DNA from: Macrostomum lignano
Lineage: Eukaryota
Assembly (NCBI GenBank): GCA_002269645.1
Contig: NIVC01002102.1
Coordinates: 140,361-204,360 of the forward strand
DNA length: 64,000 bases
Direction of reading: 5' to 3'
Positions within the stretch are counted from its first letter, which is position 1. The number at the start of each line of letters is the position of its first letter. This document shows, one piece after another, positions 41,230 through 53,262 of the stretch. The notes below the pieces were generated by a model that had not been told where the DNA came from, made no database searches, and saw only the letters and a list, made by a program, of their open reading frames with translations. The translations under genes and the position numbers were made by a program.

Positions 41230-44200
41230 CTGCAAGGCGTCAGAGTTTGTCTGCATTAAAACGCAACGCTTTACAAAATTGAAATTCACTAAATCCCATC
41301 CAAACGACGTGCGCGTGACGTCAAATACGCTTGTTGCTTGAGTCCACGACCCCAGGGACGTAAGAGAGCTACGTTATTCATAGTTTCAAAAGCTTTTAAA
41401 CTGGCAAAATTCATTCGTTTCCACGATTCCACTGCTCTAACCAGGAGCGTCGCCACCGGGGACACACACACACACACACAATCACGCACCGGGCACTTGT
41501 TGGTACGGTATACAATGGTGGGCACTTATTTTGCAATTTTTTTTGACACACGAAAACACACACATACACACAGTGCAATGACCTATTAAGTATTTTTAGC
41601 ATTTAAATGATGAAAAAAAGCATACATTGAAATAAAAAAGCACGTCCCATACTAATAGTATGATCTATTGAAAGTGAAGGAATAGCATATCATCGTGTAA
41701 CTATATTGTCCTCAGTCCAGCGAATTCAGCATTACTTGAAATACAAAAGGCTTCGTTAAAGCCAATCCACATGAAGGAAAAACTAGTTACAAGCAGTCTA
41801 TTTACCTTTACCTTTACTAATACGCTATAATGCTGTACGCAATATGCCTGACTAATATGAATAAAAAATTCAATTTCACTTGCGCTTAGAAAAAAACCTA
41901 AAATTGACAGTGAAACTGAAAAACTGAAACGCAGAGATTAGTTAAGCAGATTAAACAACAAATTCCGGTCGAGTGAGAAAACAGGAGTCTCGTTATTTAG
42001 AGCACTCTGGCATTCAGCATTACGCTCGTAGTCTATTAGCTGCTCTCCTGAGTTCGAAGCTGACAGGTCAGTTGCAGTCGGAATCGATTGAGTCGACTGC
42101 CAATTTAGTCAATGGGTTTCGTTTCTTCTTTTCACTGGAACCTGTGGTGGGATTAGCAAAAGATCGATTTCGCATATCTGTTTAGTGATTTCAAGGACGA
42201 CAAAATCATTCTTCTCTGCATGTCAGCTCCAGAAGATGCTAGTTTGCTTGCAGCTTTCTGTAGGAGCATTCTACTTTAGTAAAGTGTACCCATTCTAAAA
42301 TAAGCTGTTTTTAATATGTCCCAACAAGTCTCTGTGCAGTGTGTCATCCGTTTGCCCATCAATTTGTTCTGGAGCCCTTTATTAATTGAGTTCTTTAGGT
42401 GACTTAACAAATGCGGAAAAAACTAGACACACACACAGTGGCCCAACACTTCGTGTCCCAATAATTGCTAGGAAAAATGCACTGCAGTGTTTAAGCATCT
42501 CCTCTGAGGGGCCCTTGCATGCATAGCTATAGAATCTGCTAAGACCCGATCTGAGAGTTAAAAGTACAAAAAGTTATAACGCTTCTAGACACGAAAACGA
42601 ATGCAGCCACAGCATGAACTAACCTTTCATTGAAGCTTCTGCTTAAGACTTTGATGCTGTGAAGCATTCTGGCATCTAGCATTACTCTCGTAGTCGATTA
42701 GCTGCTCTCCTGAGTTCGAAGCTGACAGGTCAGTTGAAGTCGGCATCGATTGAGTCGACTGCCAATTTAGTCAATGGGTTTCGTTTCTTCTTTTCACTGG
42801 AACCTGTGGTGGGATTAGCAAAAGATCGATTTCGCATATCGATTTAGTGATTTCAAGGACGACAAAATCATTCTTCTCTGCATGTCAGCTCCAGAAGATG
42901 CTAGTTTGCTTGCAGCTTTCTGTAGGAGCATTCTACTTTAGTAAAGTGTACCCATTCTAAAATAAGCTGTTTTTAATATGTCCCAACAAGTCTCTGTGCA
43001 GTGTGTCATCCGTTTGCCCATCAATTTGTTCTGGAGCCCTTTATTAATTGAGTTCTTTAGGTGACTTAACAAATGCGGAAAAAACTAGACACACACACAG
43101 TGGCCCAACACTTCGTGTCCCATAATTGCTAGGAAAAATGCACTGCAGTGTTTAAGCATCTCTTCTGAGGGGCCCTTGCATGCATAGCTATAGAATCTGC
43201 TAAGACCCAATCTGAGAGTTAAAAGTACAAAACTTATAATTTTTGTGGTTGGACACGTAGGCTATTGAATGTCAATGGATTCAGACGAAATGTCAAGTTT
43301 TACTCAAAGCTTTTACAGCTTACCGGTTAAAGTCGACGGATCCTTTGGCAATTGCGCCACATGGCAGTTGATCAAAGGTGATATACCTGAAGTAAAGGTA
43401 GGTACTGCTTAGCAGGAGCAGTCTTTTTTATAGCATTTAAACATAAATGCTTCTTGTTTCCGACAAAGTTTTTTAATACCACTTACATGTTTATCGCTGT
43501 GCCATTCCATGCTGTTCTTTCCATACCATGGTGACTCGGGTGCCATGGCAGAGGCAGAGTTGACCATTGATTTCAGCATGGCGAGTACATGCCAATTTTG
43601 TTTACCGTAAGTTTGCGGGGTGGCGTCAATAATAGACCAAAATAAATGTACACTTAACTAGCAAGGGGACTCTGGTAAATTGGAGCCATGTACACAGGGG
43701 GGTAGGGCTTAGTCCTAACATGTACGGGGTAAGTCCTAATATGAGTGGGCTTTTGTAAACGACACTCTAGCACACAGTTCCAACAATTTATAGAATATCG
43801 AATGCGCGCAGCAGTCAATAGCATGAGTCCTAACAAGAGTGGGCTGTTGTATTCAACACTGCAACACTGTCCTAACAATTTAGTTCGTGTAGAGTACTGA
43901 TGCCCATCACAGTCAGAAGTAAATTTAAGCCCTTGTCATTTCTTTAGGTTTATCTCCATCCAGAACCATCCTTTGACAATAAAATACCCTTAAAAGTGTT
44001 TTGCTATGCTTTGCTTTGTATGTATTTTAATGTATGCTATGTATTTACGTCTTGAAACAAAGACTGCAGCAAATGAATGCGCTTGAAATCTACTATTAGT
44101 AAAAATATGAGAAAAAACCAATAAAAATATGCGGGAGCAGATTAGCCATTTCAGTGTCCCAATAGTGATTTGGTCGAATTTTGTATCATTTTTCCTTATT

Positions 44201-45219
44201 GGGACGCCAGTTTTTGCTTATTTATTGACACAGCAAGTAAAATTATTAAAAATGAGTTGCACCATCAAAAAGAGGCTGTCGAGCTGAATCCATAGAGTAT
44301 TTTTTTGAGCTGCTATTGTAACTTTTTTGGAAGTGTTGGACGGACTTGATGGGACAGTCCCAACATTTTTTTTGGCCCAACAGTGCGGGTCCCGTTGTAC
44401 GCGTATGGCCCAACAAATGCCCCGTGCGCAAACACACACACACACACACACAACCAATGCTTTGTCCCCCACCCCAATTTATGACCTGTTCTGGAAATTA
44501 ATAATCTTACTTTAGGGCGCCAAAATGAGTGCCTGTCTGCGGCGCCAAAATGAGTGCCTGTCTGCGGCGCCAAAATAAGCTAAACAACACCGATTCTCAA
44601 AATAATGTACATGCGGAAATTTAGTCAGGTACATGTAGATTTCTTGGCTTTGCCCCCCCCCCCATAAAATCCATGGCGACGCCCCTGGCTCTAACCTACC
44701 CCCCATTAATTACAATAAATCAATTAAGGACTCTAATAATCTTTTTAAGTCTCAGTTAGTGGCCTATGTTACTAGATACGGGAACGAGATATAGGAAATA
44801 TTCTGCCTCAATATCCATAACCTCCCGTAACCGCAATCCATAGCTACGGTTGAACTAGAAATTTAACAAACCGGAAGTTCCGAGTTTCGAGCGCTGCAGA
44901 TAACATAGCTCGTAGTTAAAATAGGACAGTAAGAAACTCAAAAATAGGTTCGGCTCTCACACCTGTGAATAATGTTGGCGCTATGCAGATACTTGAGTCC
45001 GCGCAGTATCTGATAAACCAGAAAGCGAATGTGATCTGGGCTGAGGTGGCTGCGCAGACAGCCATTGGTGAGATTGAGGCCCAGGTAAGGCGTGACAAGG
45101 TAGACATCGGTGAACTCAGACAGACTGCGATTCGGCGTGAACGCGTCAATCAGGGTCACGACCTGCAGGATGTTGTTGGAAATAAATTACTCTTGAATTA
45201 TTACTGCTTTATTGTACCA

Positions 45220-45299
<80 letters not shown>

Positions 45300-45300
45300 G

Positions 45301-45391
<91 letters not shown>

Positions 45392-45392
45392 G

Positions 45393-45447
<55 letters not shown>

Positions 45448-45448
45448 G

Positions 45449-45479
<31 letters not shown>

Positions 45480-45491
45480 GTCTATCTATCC

Positions 45492-45578
<87 letters not shown>

Positions 45579-45740
45579 CATCTATCTATCTGTCTATCTA
45601 TCTATCTGTCTGTCTATCTATCTATCTATCTATCTATCTGTCTATCTATCCATCTATCTATCTGTCTATCTATCTATCTATTTATCTATCTATCTATCTG
45701 TCAGTCTATCTATCTATTTATCTATCTGTCTATCTATCTG

Positions 45741-45778
<38 letters not shown>

Positions 45779-45782
45779 AATC

Positions 45783-45880
<98 letters not shown>

Positions 45881-45881
45881 G

Positions 45882-45917
<36 letters not shown>

Positions 45918-46393
45918 GAATATCTATCTATATTCATGCATATACACTTGCGCCAGATTGTGGCCTATTTTGTCCATTCCGCTGACTCTTGAACACATAC
46001 AAGTTAGAATAGTGTACGCAGGCACGCACTCATACACAGGTCACAGCCTGAGCTGCTCTGCTCCACATCATGCAGTATCTTCTAATCACGAGTGTCTTCA
46101 CTCTCTCCAAACGATAGAATCTATAATCTACTTAAAAAAATTCACCAAAAGCAGCTCACATTGTCATGATTGATATGCCTCAGAATCTTAATCTCCCTGT
46201 ACGTTCGTTTAGCATCGTCAGCAGTTTTGAATGCCCGCCTCAGCCGTTTAATGGCAACCCGCTGGCCGGACTGCGTGTCCAGCGCCACACACACGCTGCC
46301 GTAGGTGCCCTTGTCCAGTTGCTGCAGATTCTGATAGCGAACTGGCACAGTCCATGAGACACCATTGCCAAGTTCAACTGTGTAGAATTGGGC
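40620..46393 (-). CDS. mapk14-like (p38): p38-type MAP kinase (divergent); exons 46393-46160, 45162-44963, 41229-40620; no in-frame ATG in the first exon seen
   Basis: [16 protein letters not shown]...[53 protein letters not shown], activation loop [14 protein letters not shown] (TGY = p38), docking motif YHDPEDEP. Junction phases are consistent. AATAAA on the - strand at 40566-40561. Confidence 0.93.
41442..44687. mobile_element. Non-autonomous hAT-type element in p38 intron, ~3.2 kb
   Basis: TIRs CAGG(A/G)GCGTCGCCA; perfect 8-bp TSD GCTCTAAC at 41434-41441 and 44688-44695. Confidence 0.85.
42007..43237 (+). repeat. ~660-bp-period direct duplication inside the hAT element
   Basis: 42007-~42577 is nearly identical to 42667-~43237 (ctggcat..agcattac..tcgtagtc..attagc through aaagtacaaaa). 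Confidence 0.9.
44963..45162 (-). CDS. mapk14-like (p38): p38 MAPK exon (hinge to HR of HRD)
   Basis: [10 protein letters not shown]...IIHR; acceptor cctgcag|GTC, donor AG|gtgtga. Confidence 0.9.
45220..45915. repeat. (TCTA)n / GATA microsatellite in p38 intron
   Basis: Direct inspection. Confidence 0.98.
46160..46393 (-). CDS. mapk14-like (p38): p38 MAPK exon (N-lobe)
   Basis: Acceptor aaatttcag|GCC; donor AAT|gtgagc. Confidence 0.9.
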
Positions 46394-47355
46394 CTGAAAT
46401 TTTTTATAATATACTTATTAAAGGGGTCGTATTGAATATTTAAAGTTATTAATTGATTTTACAAATTTTGTGACACTAGTTTAAGTGAATTAAAAAGTTA
46501 CTTTTGGACCTGGAATGGAATATAGCATTCGACTTATAGACAAAGGGTCTTTTTACCATAGACAGTTGTTTGACTTTTCCCATAGCTTTGCATAGTCATG
46601 CATGTCAACTGAGTGTATTAGAATTTGCATGTTATAATGCATATAGAAAATTTGCATATTTAAATATAGCAAAAATGTCTGATGATAAAATATTCCCTAG
46701 ATAAAACTATCTATAAAACCTATAAAAATATTATGAAAATATTATAATATTATAAAAATACCTATAAAAATATTATACTAATATACTAAATCAATCTGTA
46801 TACCACATTGAAGATCATGTTAGTATATAAGCTAGAAATAAGAATAAATATATAGTATTTACCAATTATTACTACTCAAACAATTTGAAGTATAAACTTT
46901 TTTCACAGATGAAATGATTTAAGACCCAATTTGATTAGTTCATTTGACATGCCATGACATGACTAAGGAGACAAAATTTCTCTATTAGTTACTTAAACTA
47001 CTATTGTCTACTTTAGATACAATTCATTGTGACATAGTATAAAACATAGTCTATGAAAATTATTTACAGTTAATAAATCATATTTGTGTTAATGTATGAT
47101 TCATTACTAAATGATATGGATACTAGATACAAAGTGTGACAAAAAGTTTTTACAATTTTTTAACAACATGATCATACATTTTTATTAGTATAAATCAAGT
47201 ACTTAGTCACTAAAATAATCTCCATTAGCCTTAACAATCATTTGCCAATGTTCAAAAGGCTACAAATGATATATATGGGCATATGACAAAGTAAGATCTA
47301 ACCAAACCTAAGAATATCCAATTGTACATGTGCAACTCTGGGAATCACTTGTCCA

Positions 47356-47460
47356 TTTCTATTGGCAACACACACATGTAAGTTGCTATTGGCTAAGAGC
47401 AGTCACGTGCCTACTATTCCGTCCAATAGCAACTGTGTGTGTGTGTGTTGCCAATAGAAA
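47356..47460. promoter_or_regulatory. Palindromic CCAAT-rich putative promoter upstream of p38
   Basis: Inverted arms 47356-47392 and 47423-47460 carry four CCAAT/ATTGG boxes; CACGTG sits in the spacer; ~1 kb upstream of the first p38 exon. Confidence 0.45.
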
Positions 47461-47755
47461 CAGCCGGGTGAATCGCAAGGTTGCACCCAAGCAGGTATCC
47501 AATGGCTCTAGTGTAAATGAGAATATTGGCTATCTTGCTAGATACCTATTGTCTATCTAGCTTGAGGAAGGGTTTACAGTGACTATATAAATAAAACTGT
47601 TTTTAGCAATCAGATCTTATTTCTTTTTTGGTCTATACTATTTTATATAGCTTTAATTCTTAGCCACCTTGTTACCAGACATTAAGCCCTTAGTCATCCA
47701 TTGCACTTTGAGGCACTTTTATTTTGCTTAGGCCTAGTTTATTTTTTATTCCTAT

Positions 47756-48544
47756 GGCTCATTCCATATAAGATGGACATATTTGGAAAATAGAAAAAAG
47801 TCAATATTTTTGCTTGCCACTGCCTGATTATCCAATTTTTTTACCAAATGTTTTTTATGTGTAACATCTACAATCTAAGAATAAATGAATGATAAAATGT
47901 TAGATTAGTATGTTATCAAGTGGCAAAAAGTAATTTTTGTAAAAATTTGGACAGTTTTTTAAGCAAAAGACATCATTAAGTTTGTGAACCTTTTAAAAAC
48001 AAATAGAAAGCTTTGGAAGGTTGAAACAAACTATAGATAAAAGTATAGTACTTGCATCATCAGATAAAAGTATTGATGAACAAATAATCAATTATATTTT
48101 TAATATATTGGTACCTCTAAGTTACTGAATTGACAGAACAAAATATGTTACGACCAGAATGTTACGACCATAAGGCTGCCTTTTCTTTTGTATCTTTGTT
48201 GCCTTTTTTGAGTTTATATATTCTACAAAAAGAGTATGATTTCTGAAGATGTTCTTAGTCGAATTTTAAAAAAATTATTGCAAAATAACAAAAATGAAAA
48301 ATGTTATAAGACTTTTACCTTTTAGTTTCTCTCTGTCAAAAATCCTGTCGTTACGACCAGAAGTGCCATTCAAGGTTTAATAGCATCTATATTAATGATG
48401 ATATCTACATGAAACTCTATAAAAATATTCTTGACAAAAAAATCTTTCATTTAAAATATTGGTTTAGTGTATTCTATTATTAGATTTCATTTTATAAGTA
48501 AAAATAGCCTGTCATGTTACGACCATAATTATATGGAATTGCCC
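47756..48544. mobile_element. Non-autonomous Sola-like element (MITE), ~790 bp
   Basis: Left end GGCTCATTCCATATAAG and right end (reverse complement) GGGCAATTCCATATAAT; 4-bp TSD CTAT at 47752-47755 and 48545-48548; repeated GTTACGACCA subterminal motif. Confidence 0.7.
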
Positions 48545-51055
48545 CTATGCCCAATTGCAATAGCCTTACTAGTTATTAGTATAACAATTGCAGCAAACTT
48601 ATCTAAGCTTTGTTGCTAACAAATGTGGTTTAAATAGGATCTTTTGTCTTAGTCTTGACTCTGCAACTTTAATCCCAAGGATCCTAATATTTTATCAAAA
48701 GATAGACCTAGTAGAATTTGGCTAAGGCTTCATTGAAATGTCAAGTACAATGAGCTATAAGTGTCTTTTGATAGGAGTAGGACCACAGGATTAGGCTAAA
48801 AATTAGCAAAATTTCTCTAGTAGTCAATCTAGTATCTATTCTAGATTCTAATATTTTTGTTTGTCTCAGGCCTATCTGTTGCTAAGATTTGCATGCAAAT
48901 TATGTCAACTTATTAAATATAAATTAAGAATCAACCTAGAAGTATCAATATCCAATGTAATTATTAGGCACTATAATTAATTGAAATAATTTAAGTTAAA
49001 GTCTATTATTATCTGATCTGTTAGCACCAATTTTCAAATCATTATCAATCTGGAACCATGTTCAATTGTTACTTAGACTATAATTAGGCTATTAGATAAA
49101 GTTTGATAGGACTCACTAACAAGTGATAAGCAAATAGGATAGAGATCATAGCTTTAAAATCTCTGAAATACTTTACTAGTTTTTCTAGGGCCTAAACTAT
49201 TTGCAATATATCTTCTTACAAAAATATCCTACAAATATTTTGATTTCTCAAATAATTAAAAAAATAATGAACTTATTACTTAGGACTTTAGCCTTTAAGT
49301 AAGTAGATCCAGTGATTTGACATGACAGAAGGCATGCATTAGGCCTATCTATGTGGTACTGACAAATAGGCCTATGCCTATTCTGGCACATGCCACACTA
49401 GCTTTTTCAAATGCTGCAATCATATTAATTTTGCACAGTACCAGGGTCATTCTAAAAAAATGGTCAATACGTTAAAACAAATAAAAACTTTATAAAACTT
49501 CTGAGATTTTGAGAATGTCAAGAAGAATCAGAAGGCAAATAAATATAATGTGTACGTTAGGAAGAAATGTTTGATGTATACATAAAGCTTTACAAAAAGT
49601 TGCGAAAATAAGCAAATGGCGGCAGTTTATCTTTATCGATAAATTACTTTCCACTGATTGACTGACTATAGTTTTACACATTATTTAGTCTTTTGAGAGT
49701 ATGTTTATTGTTTGTCTCAACTTGGTCGTATGCTTTTTGCAGAAAACTATCTAATTTATGCGTTTCAGAGTACAGAAAGTAAAGATATTGTGTTTGCTGC
49801 TGTATTTTTGACATGGAAATATTGTCACTGAAATTTACAACTCTGAATTAAAATCTTTTACGGATCACTTATACATGTCCTACTTTTTTCGTTGGAAAAA
49901 GTAATGGGAAGTTTTGGTTTTTTAGAGCACTTTAGCATTAGATGCTCACGTTAATGATTGTATCTGGACAGAATCAGCAGAGGTTTTTATGAAAATAAAT
50001 AAATTCTTTACACAGGTCAATTTTCCCTACCACAAAATTGGTGTCATCCGAAATTCATTCTGACGAAACTAGAGGATTAAAATGCACGAAATTAATAATA
50101 ACTACTCCTAACAATGGCACAATTAAGCATTTTTTATATTTTTTGGATTGCTTACTTGTATGAAATACAAATTGCAAAAAATACAGAAAATGTATACAAA
50201 TGCTCATATTTTTGTAATCCGAAATTCAGCATGGTGACCTGGAGCAAACTGCAGATCTGAAACTTAACACAATAATAAAGTACATATGGGGTTAGAAGCA
50301 TTTTTAGTCATTTCTGTTAAAAGTCGATACTTTTGGTATAAATGTACATAATGTGTGATTCATCACTTGTGTAGCTATACATGTAAAGTAATATTATAAA
50401 TTTACAACATATTTAATGTTGTTATCATATAGTTTTTTCTGTTTCTTTTGTTTCAATGAAGAAAAATTAGTTTTGATAGCTGAATGTCGCAGAATTACTT
50501 ATCGCTGTCATTAAACTAATTATTTGTTCAAAGTATGCTGCTAGTACAGTTACACTTATAAAAATTAAAACAGAGCAACCAGCTCTATCAATATTAAAAT
50601 TTCTATACTGTATTTTAAGTCATGTCTGTTTTAGTATCAGAAAAAGTAGTGTATATAGTTTACAAATAATTTTCTAATTTTGAAGTTATAATAATTTAGA
50701 TGCATCTGCATGCCATTTGAATATGCATGTACTCTCGTCCTCTAAGAGTCGTTTATATGAAGACTTAAATAGCAAAATATCTATTATATTATTAGGATAA
50801 TCTTACATTCAATAGATTCCGGCTAAAATTAGATTAATTCAATTACTTTCCGTCTGTCTACTTCTCAAAGTAGTGCATATTGCTCCTTATTGGAAGCAAA
50901 ACTCCTAGTGAAAGCTGGACATGCAGCAGTATAATTACAAATATATAAGTACAATAAGTGCAATATATACATTTACAAAATATAAGTACAAAAATAAAGT
51001 ACAAATAACAGTCTAGCATTCCAAGTAACCATGTCATTTTAAATTCCTTGCAGCC

Positions 51056-53068
51056 ATGCCTTTCAAACCAACCAGGCGAGAAAAGAAGCGAGAGTATGAT
51101 AGAAAGTACATCGAAAAGAAGTTTGGCGACTATAGCGGTTTTAGGGCTCATCGGCAGCAGCAACGAATAAAGAAGTCTTTAGCATGCCAAAACACACTAA
51201 CACAGGAAAATAATGACCGAAATAACTCAGCTGTTTCTCGGTCTGAGGCTGCAAGAAAAAGAGAGCGAAGCAAGCTGAAGTTAAAGATAGAAGAAATTGC
51301 TGCAAAGTTTGCCGCTTCTGAGAATCGTCGCAAGGTCTTGCGTCAGAAGTTAAAAAAGGCCAACCAAGCAATAGCTGCTGCAAAAATGCGCAGAGATGAA
51401 GCGCTGAGCTCAAATGCCAAAATCGTGCAGACGCTAGCAGCCGTTAGGCGCCAAAAATACTGTCGACGGTTGCTTTGGATGGTTTGTCGAGAAGTTGAGG
51501 AATCCAGTCAAAGAGACGTTGTAAAACTATTCGGGTTCACTCAAAAAGTTTTAAAAGAAAAATCTGCGAAGCCTGTAAGTATCCTACGAATGGCCGTGAC
51601 AAACTTTTTCCTTGATGAGGAAAACTCTCGATCTAGTGCCTCCAAGCATGAGACCATCACCCGGAGAGATCCATGCACTAATGTGAGAGAGAAGCGACAG
51701 AAGCGTTATCTGACGACAACAGTCCGGGCGCTGTACAACAAATTCATGATTGAAAATCCAAACGCCAAGATCAGTTTGGCAACCTTTTACCGATGGAAGC
51801 CATGGCATCTGGTAAAGCCCCGCTTGTGCGATCGCAACCTCTGCATGTGCATGCAGTGCACAAACTTGGAGCTGCTGGCAAAAGGCATGCACTCGGCAGG
51901 GCTGACCATCACCACCAACTTGCGTGATCTTCTAATTTTGATTGTCTGCTCTGACAAGTCAAATGCCTGCCTTTTGCGACAGTGCAATAAGAGTGTAAGA
52001 AAGTCGCCCATCACTTCTACGGCAGCAAGTAAGTCGGAGGTGACATTCCACGCGTGGCGACCACGGACTGGCGGCCGTAGTGGCGTTGAAGTCATCCGGG
52101 AGACTCTGAAGAGTGAGGACGCTGTAAAAATGTTCCAACAACACCTGGAAAGATTTGCTGGTCACCTGATGCGGCTCAGGAACCAGTATTTTGTGATTCG
52201 TCGTCTAAAGTCGACGCTGGAGCCCGGACATCTGGTGCTTCACGTCGATTTTTCGGAAAATTACGGCGCCAAGTATAACAAGGAGGTGCAGGCGACCCAC
52301 TTTGGGGACCAGGAGCAGATTGTAATTCACCAGGGCGTTGCGTACATAGCAGGCCAGTCACCGCGCTCCTTTGTATCCATATCTGGTGAACGCCAAAAGA
52401 CTGCTGATGCTATTGCCGCTCACCTGCAACCAGTTATCCGCTTTTTCAAGCAGAAGTTCAGTGACATGGGAACGCCACTTACACGCATCTCTGTAATCTT
52501 GGATTCACCATCGAGCCAGTACAGAAGTCGTAAGATGGTTTATATATTCCATCGGCTGCTACTCCGCTTAGAAATTTTTAACTGGCATTGGATATACACA
52601 GAAGCAGGGCACGGCAAAGGTGTGGCTGACGGAGTCGGTGCTGCTGTGAAGCGCCGCTGTGACCTTGTGGTGGCAACACGCAGCAACGTTGTGACACCAG
52701 AAGATGTCTTGGATGCTATTAAGACTGACAATGCACTGAGAGTGCTGACGTGGCACGTAGAAGCTCGCGACATCAACGAGTTCACGAATGTGTTGCTCAT
52801 GCTGAACCTGAATGAAATGCCCGGGGCTTCAAAGATGCACCACGTCTGGAAGTCTGAGCGAGGTATTGAATACAGGGACCTTTCGTGCGTCTGTCCAGCA
52901 TTAGTATCATGCACGTGTGACGAGCCGAAGGTTTGGGAGCCGCTCAAAACAGCAGTATCGACTCGGCTAATGCTAATGCTGATGCTGCTGCTGGGAGTGA
53001 TGCGCGTCGAGGTCGAAGCAGTGGACGTGGTCGTGTCCGTGGACAGGGCCGTAGACATGAAGGGGTGA
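51056..53068 (+). CDS. DDD transposase (Sola2-like)
   Basis: 670-aa ORF with HVDFSENY, EVQATHF, ILDSPSSQYR and AGHGKGVADGVG (three putative catalytic Asp), plus upstream CMCMQC/C..C Cys clusters. The last ~40 aa are probably out of frame. Confidence 0.88.
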   Translation: MPFKPTRREKKREYDRKYIEKKFGDYSGFRAHRQQQRIKKSLACQNTLTQENNDRNNSAVSRSEAARKRERSKLKLKIEEIAAKFAASENRRKVLRQKLKKANQAIAAAKMRRDEALSSNAKIVQTLAAVRRQKYCRRLLWMVCREVEESSQRDVVKLFGFTQKVLKEKSAKPVSILRMAVTNFFLDEENSRSSASKHETITRRDPCTNVREKRQKRYLTTTVRALYNKFMIENPNAKISLATFYRWKPWHLVKPRLCDRNLCMCMQCTNLELLAKGMHSAGLTITTNLRDLLILIVCSDKSNACLLRQCNKSVRKSPITSTAASKSEVTFHAWRPRTGGRSGVEVIRETLKSEDAVKMFQQHLERFAGHLMRLRNQYFVIRRLKSTLEPGHLVLHVDFSENYGAKYNKEVQATHFGDQEQIVIHQGVAYIAGQSPRSFVSISGERQKTADAIAAHLQPVIRFFKQKFSDMGTPLTRISVILDSPSSQYRSRKMVYIFHRLLLRLEIFNWHWIYTEAGHGKGVADGVGAAVKRRCDLVVATRSNVVTPEDVLDAIKTDNALRVLTWHVEARDINEFTNVLLMLNLNEMPGASKMHHVWKSERGIEYRDLSCVCPALVSCTCDEPKVWEPLKTAVSTRLMLMLMLLLGVMRVEVEAVDVVVSVDRAVDMKG

Positions 53069-53262
53069 ATAGCCATGCAGCTACAGAAGTTGAGGTATGT
53101 GAGGCGGATGTCTGCCTAAAACCAAATGATGCAGTGCTACAGTGGATCCAGTGCGATGGCTGCAGGCGCAAGTCACATTGTGAATGTGCTGGCTTTCCCC
53201 CAAAAACTAAAATTTTGTCCGGAGCATACTTTTGCTCAGTTTCATGCGCCGTAGAGCCATAG
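52933..53262 (+). CDS. PHD-finger-like C-terminus of the transposase in the -1 frame
   Basis: CEADVC...QWIQCDGCRRKSHCECAG...YFCSVSC is a PHD-type Cys/His pattern; it overlaps the end of the transposase ORF. Confidence 0.7.
   Translation: MGAAQNSSIDSANANADAAAGSDARRGRSSGRGRVRGQGRRHEGVNSHAATEVEVCEADVCLKPNDAVLQWIQCDGCRRKSHCECAGFPPKTKILSGAYFCSVSCAVEP

Noticed and set aside
44965-46173. 402-aa YLSI ORF
   Set aside because: (TCTA)n microsatellite, antisense to p38 exon and intron sequence.
52931-52952. Intron or canonical slippery site explaining the transposase-PHD frameshift
   Set aside because: The GT..AG span is only 22 nt, and no X XXY YYZ heptamer is present.
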